Source: Vicugna vicugna
Lineage: Eukaryota
Assembly: GCA_013265495.1 (NCBI GenBank)
Contig: MU058584.1
Span: 1,524,616 to 1,588,615 of the forward strand
DNA: 64,000 nt
Direction: 5' to 3'
The position numbers and the translations under genes are program-made. Below, in pieces: positions 53,176 to 64,000 of this stretch. The notes under the pieces were generated by a model, which was not told where the DNA came from, searched no databases, and saw only the letters and a program-made list of their open reading frames with translations. How positions within the stretch are numbered: position 1 is the first letter of the stretch; each line of letters starts with the position of its first letter.

Positions 53176-56054
53176 TGTTTTAATCTATGTTCTCTCAAAC
53201 ACATACCTATGATAAAACCTTATTTTCAGGTCATTTTTCTTACTCAGAGAACAAGAATGAGGTTCAGAGGAAGTAAGACATGGAAGGAGACAAACCATTA
53301 TAAGAATATATTATTGATGTCACCTTTGGGTGAGGTTTTGATTTCACTGGGACCACCTGAGAAACTCACAAAATGCCTTCCAGAATTGTCTCGCTGAAGG
53401 TTGGGAGGTGGGGGCATGTACCCACCAATTCTCATTCCTCATCATTTCAAGACTGTCCTTGGGTGATAACTCTCCAGCTTCCTAGAGTAGAATGCATGCT
53501 GCCAAAGCAAGTTCCTGTCAGTGTCCAGGGTGTTGGGGAACCTCTGGGACAGAAACCAAAGACCTGCAGAACATTCTTGAAGGGAAGCACTGTCAGCATG
53601 AATATATTTGACGTCTGTAGGAGCTCCCCACTGTCATTTATGGTGGCTGGAATCACATGGATGCTGAGATAATGTGGGTTGGGGCATCGAGGCGTCTGAT
53701 ACAGTCCGTCCCTTGCATTGTCTAGATTTGTTCATGCCAAGCTATCAATGAGTCTTCAAGGTAGCGGCTAGCTGCAACGCTTACAAGAGATTTAACAAAC
53801 AGAGTTTCGTGAAGCAAACTACAGTCTCATTGCTGATCCCTTGAGATTACTGGTCCAGAGGCTTTGACTGATATTCAAAATATCTTCCTTCCACCATACA
53901 GTCTGGATTTCCTTTATTCTTGCCTGACCCTTCAGCTGATAGGTGGCTTGCTTGGTGGGGTGACCAAGACCTTCATTTCTGAGTAGTCTGAGTCCACAGT
54001 TTGCCTTGCCCTTAATGAGATCATGGCTGCTGAAATTGTTCATTCACCATTGTGATCAAGCATATGAAGAGCAACTCTCAGTTACAGGGGGCATGGCCCT
54101 GCTCCAGAACCCTGAGGATGTGGGCTGACTCACTTCAAACTAACAGTTCCATGAGACACTCATTAATTAGATCAAAGCAGTGTTCCCAGGCCTCGTGTAT
54201 GCTTCTTTCAAAATCCAAAGGGCCCAAAGTGCAAAGTACACAGAATGGATGCTCATTCATACCTTAAACTTTCATATCCCTAAAAACTACTACTGATGTG
54301 GCAAGTCCCTGCCATCTGGGGGGACTTACCTTCTACCACTCTGACATGTATGTGTCTGGCACCTATGTCTGTAGGCACCAGAGTATCCAGAGTATTTGCC
54401 ACTTTCTGTCCACTAGGGCCAATTAGCATCATCATTAGGCATCCATACAGCGGATTAGCATGATGTTCTGAGGACCATCAAGATGATTAAGGTCCCTGCA
54501 TATTATCTTGTGGCAGAGAGCAAGAGAGTTAATCTAGTGCTTGGACAAGACAATGAATCTAGACAGCTGTTGTCTCTATGCAGATGTGAACAGTTCCTGG
54601 GAGATAGAAAAGAGCACATTCGCCAGATGAATAGGCCTATCTCAAGTGTCAGTTATGGCAAAGATCCCACATTCAGCACAAGAGTTTGTGTTGGGGCTAC
54701 CAACCGATGAAGTTGATAGTGGTTCATAATTACTTGCCTCTGGTTTTGATTCCTTTGGTTGCTGCAGGGCCCCAGGCGCTGAACCAAACGGGGCTAGGTT
54801 GAGGACCACACTCCTGCAAACTTTGTCTTTGAGAATGGCCCTCATCTTTACACTCCTCCCAAGGATGCATTATCACTTCTGTTTTACTGTAATGGCAAGA
54901 TGCGGTTTGCACAGGCTGTTTCAGGAGTTTCCACCAACCCTTTCTACCATAATAACCTTGAAACTCCGCAGGTCAGAACACCAGTGTGAACATTCTGCTA
55001 ACGACTGAGAATATGCATTTCAGTTATGCAACTGGAAAATGACTACAGGGTGTATGTAGGCATGTATCTTGCCCCTTGCCCCCAAGTCTAACTCCTTTCA
55101 GATCAACTTTCTGTTTCTATTTTCTAACCAAGTACAAAAATTGTTTCAGTTGAGTAATATTTTTCGTCATGAAACTTGAACGACTTGGGGTACACTGAGC
55201 TCTGATCTTAGTTTTTGGCCTGGAGCTAATAAGGGACAGATGACAAGCAACGTTTGAAGCACTTCTCTCAGTTTGTTAACATATTTGCATGTTTCCTTGG
55301 TAAAGAAAGGCTCATCTCCAGTTAGGACGGGGGTGCTTCTGGTGGTCCAGAGGTTGTTTAAGGGAATATAGGAATTCAAGGCTTTCAGACTCTTTTATCC
55401 AAATGTCTCCATCGCAAGTTTCAGGGTCCCATTTCTTTCCTATTAGCCCCTGTCTCTGACAGAAGTGACTTTTGTGGCTGCACAACCTGAATCCTTTGTA
55501 TCCCCTGCAATTACACCCTCACAGTAAAATTCTGATCGTGATTTGGTACCTCTGACCTGTGGATGCAGGAGGTGAGGGCCACTTTCATCATTGCCACAGA
55601 GGAGGTGTCTTGTTTCATCCCTGTACCCTGAGTTGGTTGCTTGCTTTCTTTAAAATGTCTACAGCAGTTAACAGAAGCCAAGGGCTCTAGGATCTAGATT
55701 CAGCAGGAATCTTATGAGAAGTGTTCAAAATGTTCTACCGGAATTGTCTGCCTGAAAGGGGGAAGCAGGAAAATGCATCCAGTGTTACCCATTTCCAACT
55801 GGTTGACAGTTTTCTCTGAGGATGTGAAGACCCATGCACGTTCCACTTGCACATGTACTGTCTGAGCAAGTTCCTCCTCGTATTTAAATTACAAGAGAGA
55901 CCAAGTGGAAAGAAGTGAAGACATACAGAAAAGACTCGATGCAGGGCACTGTCAGTCTGAAGTGAGGCAGAGCTCTTCTGGAACTTTCCACGGCAGCTGC
56001 AGTTGAAGTCAGAGATAGAGAGATGTGAGGCAGGACATCAGAGGCGTCGCCACA
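53176..56054 (-). mobile_element. Internally deleted ERV-L (class III, LTR16/LTR33-type) provirus with two LTRs
   Basis: 3' LTR 53176-53703, then the reverse complement of a polypurine tract (gtccgtcccttg). Pol C-terminus DSDYSEMKVLVTPPSKPP (~53941-53994). RT: IHLANVLFSIS...[38 protein letters not shown] / MMLIGPSGQKVANTLDTLV (~54375-54640). Gag LIGKKWDPETCDGDIW (55399-55446). 5' LTR ~55650-56054. TSD ggctag/ggcaag. Confidence 0.9.
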
Positions 56055-56330
56055 GGCAAGGCGATTCCTCAGTATCAGGGACTGAAGACCCTTTCGTCTC
56101 CTTACTTTCTAGTTCTAACAGGACGCGCTCACCGTACGGTAAAACATGTCTCCCACTGCATTTTCATTCAAACCAGCAAGACAGCAAAAGAAGAACAGGA
56201 CATAACTTTTTCTTTTTAGAGCAAAATATGAAAGTTGCACTCATCCATCGACCAGAACACAGTTACATGACTACACTTAGTCAGCATAGAGGCCAGAAAA
56301 ATGTAGTCTAGCATGTTCTGAGCGGCTGGA
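56055..56330 (-). mobile_element. MaLR LTR (MLT1J-like), right piece
   Basis: atcagggactgaagaccc...ccagaacacagttacatgactacacttag...gaggccagaaaaatgtagtct. Confidence 0.65.
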
Positions 56331-56367
56331 TACCTGGTCAGAAATCAGGAATTCTATTCATATAAAA

Positions 56368-57218
56368 CAGTAGTTTTCAACTCATCTGTCAAGTAGGATT
56401 TTAGATGTGTGTGATGGTGTTTCTGTTTGACATATGACTAGAGAGTCTTTCTGTCATTCAGTTGGAGGGTCCAAGGTGGTCGGATGAACTTCAGTGTCCA
56501 GAACAGCCTTGCCAATAAAAAGTTGGCTTGTATTCTGCACAACTTTTGAAAATCCTGAAGATGTCCAAGTGGGTGGGAAAAAAATTATAATTTTCCAAGT
56601 GTAGAGCTTAACACCACTTTCTGTATAAATGTGTAACGGTAGCACACAATGAATTTTTTAGAGGTATAACTACTGGTTCAGTCAAGGGAGAATTGTATTT
56701 GGTTATATTTGTACTTTTAGCTAGAACAGTTCACCTCTTCAGGAAAAAGCACACCATCTATAACCATGCTGCTCATGGTATTTAAGCCATCTATATAGGA
56801 CAATGTAACATACTATATCAGTCCCCATTTGTAAGTGGCATATTCATCCTGGTTTAAGTTTCAGTCTAACCGTCTTATGACTTTATTTCATTTTCTATCA
56901 TAGCTATCTATGCCTGAGCATTTATGTATTGAATTGTATGTTATTTTAAATAAATTTAATTTAAATGTCATATAAATTGTTTTTAAAATTATTAAATTTT
57001 TATCATTTAATTTAAATGTCATATAAATTATTTGATAAATTGTTTTAAATCACTTTTATTTTCGCCTTCTCTTTCTATTATACTTAGGACATTATTGATT
57101 CTTTTCAAAGTACTTGTACAGTAAGTTATATTTACAAATTTCAGGGTAGTAAAGGCAAAAATGTGAAATATTCAGTGTAAAAATTAGGCATTTAGTCTGA
57201 CAGGGTTAAAAACTACTA
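56368..57218. mobile_element. Non-autonomous hAT-Charlie DNA transposon
   Basis: Terminal inverted repeats cagtagttttcaac (56368) and gttaaaaactacta (ends 57218), 12/14 complementary; AT-rich interior. Confidence 0.65.
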
Positions 57219-58649
57219 TCCTAGAAAGAGACAACAGAAGCTGGGGAACAAATAGCTATCTCTTCCACAGAGAAATATGGTAAGTCAGACTCAAGAGTCA
57301 GGGATGATGACTAAATTGAGATATCAGAAAATATGTTTAAGTAGAAACTTTGAGACCAAAAAGTATACAATAAGTACACAAGAACTTCGTTGAACAAAAA
57401 CATTGGAGTAGATACATGGCACAAGCTAAAAGTGGGACAGTGTGGTGTGTATCCCCGAACTCCCACCACTGACGTCTGTGAGGATGCTCTAATCTGAATC
57501 AGTCCCCAGGTCCAGCTTTCCCGTGTGCCAGCGCTATTCCAATCTCCACTTTCACAGTAGTGAACTCTAACTTGTTTCCTACCCCCTTGTTGCCTCTGTG
57601 TCTGCTTTTCCTGGGTTCTTGTGCATCTGAGGTTCAAGAACGTCTGTGTGCAGCAAAAAGAGCATAACGTCAGTGAAGACCAAGAAAAGGAAGGAGTGGA
57701 GACATTTTCAAGTTGGGCAAATCAGAGCATGGGGACATGGAGGGAGTGCTAAGGCAGTGATGCTGCCGTTGACTGAAATGAAGACTGGTTTGAACGGCTG
57801 AGAAAGAAGGTGAGATGCTAATCTTTGGTGCCAATCTCTATCTCATTTAAATTATAATTATTTGTCCTTACTGATTTCTTAGCTCCTCACTTATCTGGCT
57901 GGTGTTTACTTGTGAAATCCTCTTTTACATTTTATTCTAAATGCTCCACAATTATACAGGTGGAGTTGATTTCTAAAGTTCCTTCCCCTTCCTGATTGGG
58001 CATCTAGATGAGATTAAAGTAATTTATTGTGATTGCTCTAAATACTGTCCATACCAGAATATGTCCAAGATGGAGGCTGTGGATAATTTCCTTTCATCAA
58101 CCCTCTGTGTGCCATGAAACTTTGCTAATAAAAGTAAAAAGAAGCATAAATCTTCACCTTGCTTGGTTCATAGTGGAGAGGACAGATTCTCTGCTTAATT
58201 TTTGCATTAAAATACAAATTCCATATTACCAATGCATACAAGGCACTATAGGATCACAGATAAAAGTACCACTAACTTTGCCTGAAGACCTGGACAAAAA
58301 AAAACACATGGAATGAACTTTAGGGCAAAAGTTCACAAGATAAATAGTAAATGAAGAAACAGTATGCATAGAACAAGAAGATTGAAATCAAAATCGTGTC
58401 TACACTTGGGTGTGGAAAATTAAGAAACTAACTTAGAGTATATAAGGGGGGGTCAGAAGGGAGGGAATTAAAGGCCTAAAAATAAAGATTGATATAAAGC
58501 TAGAATAAAACAATCAGTATACTCTCGGCTAAAGAGATTGAAATTTGTACATTACTCATCCATTGCTTAATTGTGTTTTGATAATGATGCTGTTAGTAAG
58601 ACATATCTCATAGAAAGGCACTTTGCCAAGTAATACTACAATTTTCTTA

Positions 58650-59075
58650 GCACTTTGAACAATGCACTTGCGATTGGTGCATTTGAGTGCCAATATGATA
58701 TTCAAATAGAAATAGCTAGTTGGCAGTTGGAAGCATGGAGCTTGGGCAGTAGAGTGAGATCAGAACTGAATATTGAGGCTGGTGAAGTATTAGAATCTGG
58801 ATCCTGGTTGAAGTTACCTCAAGAGCACATCAAGTAAGCCAAGGAGAGGGCAAAGGGGAACACCATGGGGAACATCAGTATTTAAAGGGTGGGTTGAGGA
58901 GGAGATGACAGTGAAAGAAACTGGAAATAGTTCTAAAGAAAGAAGCAGGATTGAATGGGGTCTTGAAGCTGAAATAAGAAAGACATTCATGAAAGGAGCT
59001 GTGAATAGGCCCAATTCTACAGAGAACCCCAAGTAAAGATGAAAATATATCCATTGCATGTGGGATCTCAAAAGC
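58650..59075 (-). mobile_element. L2 fragment
   Basis: gctagttggcagttggaagcatggagcttggg...ccatggggaacatcagtatttaaagggtggg...aaagaaactgga. Confidence 0.75.
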
Positions 59076-59349
59076 TTCCCTCATCCAGAGATTAGTTAAA
59101 CTTTTAGGAGTAACTCAAATCTGGAAAACCTATGAATAATAATTCTAGCCTAGAAATATTCCTTTATGGAGGTTAAAGCAGGGCCAATGCTCTGAATACA
59201 CCCCCTAAATCCGACATTTGCAGAACATTTCTCCCAAGCATGGGTTGATGCAGTCAGGCATTTGGAGGTGGGATAGCAAAATAGCTTTTCCTTAATAAAA
59301 AATTTAAAAAAAATAACTTGATTGCTAATATGGCTTTACCACTTAAACG

Positions 59350-59522
59350 ATTAGAGCGACCATTGGAAGCGACTTGACCCTCTGAGACTCAATGTCCTCA
59401 TCCATAAAAGAGAAAATATACTAATTTCATAGAGTTGTAGGTGAGAATGAAATGAGATAATTGGATATAAAACAATCTGGCACATAGTAAGGCTTCAATA
59501 AATAATAGCAATTATTATTATA
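59350..59522 (+). mobile_element. MIR SINE
   Basis: ctctgagactcaatgtcctcatccataaaa...aatgagataa...tctggcacatagtaaggcttcaataaat. Confidence 0.82.
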
Positions 59523-60174
59523 CTAGGCTGCAATGTGATGAGAACCCTGCCATTGCTTGACTTTTCATTAGCCATGCAACACTGGGGAGTTTTTGGCAGC
59601 AACCACAAAGCAGTTTGTTGGCATACAACCTTTCAATTATCTGCACTACTGATCCCCTCCATTAGCATGGAGAAGAGAAAGTGTACAGCTCAGATAAGCC
59701 AGAGGGAGGGCAAAAAAAGAAAAAAAAAACAGTCTAGCCATATAACTATATAAATCCCTATTAAGAATTTAGGAACAGTTCCTCAGGGGTACAGATTTTT
59801 ATCTTTGAAGAGAGGAGTCCAAGTTCCTCTGTACGTGAGTTCTTTAACTTGACCGTAATGAATGCTAACTCTTCTTTGTTGTTGCTTTACGTTTAAACAA
59901 CAAATCTCCATTTAAGGAAAAACACCAAGAGACTTTTTCCTTAAATGTGTTGTAATGTTTCACCTCTGATTCTGTTCGCAGCTCCCTGCCTTTGTCTGGC
60001 TATGCTAAGAATTACTGAAGTTATCGGAGAGTCAATGGAACGGTAATAAAAAGTTCCACTTATCTGACACTGAGTTCTCTGCCTTTGAAATATGGCGACA
60101 ACATTTTTTTTTTTCTCCCCACAAGGCTAAAGAGGCTTTTCTTAGAAGTGGTATAAATTTATAGGTTTTATTTT

Positions 60175-60193
60175 TGGCCACTGGAGGGCTCTC
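60175..60193 (+). promoter_or_regulatory. Candidate CTCF site
   Basis: tggccactggagggctctc versus consensus core CCACYAGRKGGCRS; two deviations. Confidence 0.4.
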
Positions 60194-61711
60194 ATATTTT
60201 TCCGCTAATGAAATAGAAACCTTGAGCATGACCAAAAACTAGAAATCAGAGATGAAAGTTTAAAGCAAGTTATTTTGTGATTTGTGCCCAAATGTAGGTG
60301 CAGACAAAATTTGAGTAAAAGTGAACCTAAGGCTGTAAAGCAGTGATTTGACTGCTCGGGACAGGTGCTGAGTCACTGACTGTGACTTAGATCTCCAGCT
60401 TCAGGAAACAGTGGACCAGCTCCTTCATTTTGTTTACTTTAGTGATTGGTCATTGTCTCTTTTCCTCTCTGGCTGATAATCTCCCAGCCCCCTGTTCTTT
60501 CAGTGGAAGTAGGTCCTATGAAATAATGCTGACCCTTGGTTCTTTTCTGAACTGCATCCTTTTTCTCTTATCCCTAAACACCATCTACCACCCCAAAGTC
60601 TCTCCCCATCAGTGGCCTTCCCTAACAATTATACAGGTGCTTCATAGATCCTTTGATGAACCCCAACATAAATCCCACCACCACACACACACACACATAC
60701 ACACACACGTGCTGCTTTTGATGCTTCCACATCTACTCAGGTCAATCACACGGTGCTGGATACTTGTGTTGAGACATCAAGACTTTCCAACAATAGTCAG
60801 ATTTGTACTCAAAGGCAGGCAGCCAGCAGTTTGGATTACAGTGCGTAAATGGACGAAGTGACTTTAGGTCTGATTGCAGCCGTCATGGGTATCCAAGGAA
60901 CAGGTAAGACATGGCAGGAGGTATCTTTGAAAATATTGATATTCATAGTCAGGAACGTAATAGAATTGTCTATCTGGCTTGAAATAGTACCCCCAAGTAG
61001 TAGATACAGGTAGGGACAAAGTCCAGCTGTTTGGTGAGACATCTGAAAAGGTCCATTCCATCATCAATCAAGCAGGCTGAGAGTTCAAGGGAGAGCTGAA
61101 GAAGCAAATCAGGAAGACAACATTCAGGATCTGCAAACGTCTTTGGTATTTGTGAAGTAAGGTGTGGTTAGGAGACACACAAGTACCCAGAGATTGACTT
61201 GAGATTATCAGATGCCTAACCTGGAGCAACATTAGTAATTCTAGTCCCCGCCTGTGGGAATGAGCCACTGGATTCATCGCTAAGCTTATTTAAGAGATAC
61301 CCAGGAACTAATGAAAGTCTCCAGAATCATTAACTGAAAAAGAGACGAGACAGATGAGTCCTTGCTGGTGACTAGGGTTTTTCACCCCCGACCCCTGCTC
61401 TGGATTTTTTGTTTGTTTGTTTTAAGATATGGACTCAACTTTTAATAGCCCTGTTAGTTTCATGTCACTTCATTGAGTTTGAACTTCAGTGCATAAATGA
61501 AGTAATACCCATTGTGGTCTTAGAGACCCTTTGAGTATGTGACCTTCTTGTTGTTTGCCTACCAGAGATGAGGTTGTTGAAATGTTCTATTCTTTCGATG
61601 TAAAGTTTCCCTGTTTCGAACCCCCTTTTATTTCAGTTACAAACATACACTGTGACCACTGCCAACCTCTAAATCATATGTAGAACTGATTTCTAAAAAT
61701 TGTCATCCATT

Positions 61712-61890
61712 GGTTAATAATAATGTAACAATACTGGCTCATTGATTGCGATGAATGTACCATACTAATGTAAGACACAAATAACAGGGGAAACTGGGGG
61801 TGAGATATATGAGAACTTTCAGCACTATCTTCTCTTTTTTTCTGTGATTCTAAAACTATTCTAAAATAAAAAAGTCAAAACAGAAAAAAA
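61712..61890 (+). mobile_element. L1MC/MD-like 3' end
   Basis: aataataatgtaacaatactggctcattgattgcgatgaatgtaccatactaatgtaaga...tctaaaactattctaaaataaaa. Confidence 0.85.
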
Positions 61891-62247
61891 TGGCCAACCA
61901 TTCATCTAAAGTAAACCCCTGGTGAATTAGGACTAGAGGGTAAATGATGGGAGGAATCGTGTGAGACTGGCAGAGATAAACCCTTAGAGCTGCCTCAGTG
62001 CACAAGTATAGAGTTGGGTAGCAGTCCTGAGCTGGGTGGGTAACCGTCTCCCTTATTCAGGATATTTCTATTGCAAGCATGGTAGACCCCTGCTAAGATC
62101 ACCAGGCTCTTCCTGAAACTACCTTCCCCAAAGACACTTTTTTTTTTCCATAAGAAGTATCAGGCTGCTCTCCTTTGCCCCAGAATCCTGAACTGAAATC
62201 AGTTCAAAAGCATTTCAGATTATCCCTGCTTTTTCACTTTCTCATTG

Positions 62248-62768
62248 TGTAATAGGGAAGAACAAATCTGACCTTATATTAGATCTGTCCCTTTAATTCT
62301 AGCTCTGGGCTCTGTTTTCTGTGCTTAGTCATGCTGGTTCTGCACCTTTTGTAACAGAAGGTTGCCTATAGCCTGAAATATACAGAACAGCCCATTCTCA
62401 AGGCTCTGACCTGTAAGGGTATAACACTTTTCCTTTCATATAGAGATAAAAAGTTGCAGAACAGAAGATAACATTTGTCCTGCTGGAGGTTTACAAGAAC
62501 ATCATGACCTGACCAATGTGGACAGCTGCAAAAACAAAAGATTCCCACAGGAAGAAGTTTGCAACAACCAGCCACACCCCCACACCCTTTCTAGTATAAA
62601 AGGAGCATCAATTCTGACTTGGGTAAGATGATTCTCTAGGACATTAGTCCCCCATCTTCTCGGTCTGCTGACTTTCTGAATAAAATCATTATTCCTTGCC
62701 CAAACACCTCATCTCTAGATTTTCTGGCCTGTTTTGTGGCTAGCAGCATAAGTTTGGACTCAATAACA
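62248..62768 (+). mobile_element. ERV1 solo LTR, MER41-like (cetartiodactyl type)
   Basis: tgtaatagggaagaacaaatctgac...ttggactcaataaca; TATA box tataaa 62595-62600; poly-A signal aataaa 62679-62684; 4-bp TSD attg/actg. Confidence 0.85.
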
Positions 62769-63269
62769 ACTGTGACATCTCCTGATACTCAGAATGACCT
62801 TCTATTGTTACTAGCTTATCTCTTTTTCAACCTCCCCACCTTGGCCCAGGGTCTGCTATTTCATTTCGGCCTACCTCCTTTTCTGGCTTATACAGAATGC
62901 CTACTCCAGCACCTTCTCCAAATCTTTTAACTATTGATAAAAAAATATACTGTTAGACAGTTGGCTTTCTAATGATGATGAATATCACAACCTAGTGTTT
63001 GAAGATGAATGACTTGATGCTTAAATGTGAAAGAGCCAAAGCTAGTGCTGGATATGTGCTCCTCTTTCTCCCATTTGGGGACCTCTGTCTCTATTTTTGA
63101 CACCTCTTCTTTTCCTAGGAGCTTACGGCCACTTGTGTATCTGTGTATCCAGAAAACCATAGTGATGATTCATCAGATCTGCCTCCTCCTCTGTTCCCAT
63201 CCATTTCACTAACAACATTTTTCTCAGTTGCAGTCTAATTTTTCCTCGTTGAATTTCCTCTTTGATTGA

Positions 63270-63680
63270 TGTGCCATGCATAATACACCTAACTAATATC
63301 CAATTCCTCTTCTGGGCACATGAAAGGCTGATACTTTTCTGCCTCCCTTGAAGCTAGATGTGATCATGTGACCTGCTCAGGCCAATGAAGTGTGCATAGA
63401 AGTGGTGCATGTCACTTTCTTGCAGGAAAATTTAATCACCAGTGCATGACTCTCCTGGCTTCTCTTCTGCTGTGGTGATCGCAGGATACATATTGATATG
63501 GAGGTGCCATGAGATCAAAGGAATCTATAGTGCTGAGCCAATACATGGAGGACAGCTGCCCTGGAGAGTCGCCTGGACATTCTGAAGACTTCATATGAGT
63601 AAGTTTTGTTGTACCAAAAGGAATTAAGATTGTGGGAATATTTTTAGCGCTGCGTAACCTTGAATATTTTGACTATTATG
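63270..63680 (+). mobile_element. MaLR solo LTR (MLT1H/I-like)
   Basis: cctcccttgaagctagatgtgatcatgtgacc...ggccaatgaagtgtg...gtcactttc...catggaggacagctgccctggagagtcgcctgga. Confidence 0.82.
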
Positions 63681-64000
63681 GTTGAAAAGTAATCTCAAGA
63701 GTATAATACATTGTTAGTAATTGATGATATCTTAATGTATTATCTCTTCCAGAGTAGTTCCATTGTGATAGGAGATCCCAGGGGGCAAGATATCTTAACT
63801 GAGAAGAATGAACTACTAATGATGGAGTAGAAGGCTCTTGGGCATATTAGAGAAGATGACATTTTGGAATAAGACTGTCTCTTTGCTCTCTAATTGTACC
63901 ATGATGGTATCTGGTCAGATTATTATACATATACACATTTTAGGAAGTACAATTTGTGACAAATGCAGAAACTGTGGAATCTTGGCTTTTGTTAAAGTTT

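Noticed and set aside
1..64000. Prokaryote-style systems (operons, CRISPR arrays, defence islands) or a spliced multi-exon gene
   Set aside because: The sequence is clearly mammalian and repeat-rich. There are no regularly spaced repeats, long ORFs or consistent exon chain. Small or non-coding exons cannot be excluded without RNA data.

Overview
This is 64 kb of non-coding mammalian DNA, either intergenic or inside a long intron. It is most likely camelid, judged from young L1 3'-UTR insertions and tRNA-derived SINEs that resemble the Vicugna/Camelus families as I recall them. I can support no protein-coding exon, RNA gene or CRISPR array; the ORF-track entries are chance ORFs or repeat-derived. 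The window is a layered fossil record of transposons (MIR, L2, L3/CR1, old L1M, MaLR/ERVL LTRs, hAT MERs, lineage-specific L1/SINE/LTR) separated by unique, enhancer-like stretches. Highlights: (1) a degenerate Ty3/Gypsy pol fossil with a readable RNase H at ~16.3-17.0 kb; (2) an internally deleted two-LTR ERV-L provirus with gag, RT and pol C-terminal remnants and a target-site duplication (TSD), nested in an older MaLR LTR (53.2-56.1 kb); (3) a textbook AG|GTGAGT recursive-splice-site motif at 10.0 kb; (4) several motif-dense candidate enhancers and a CTCF-like site; (5) a MER41-like solo LTR with a GAS-like site. I found no convincing novel multi-gene system. Repeat family names come from recalled consensus sequences, not from a database search, and most boundaries are approximate.
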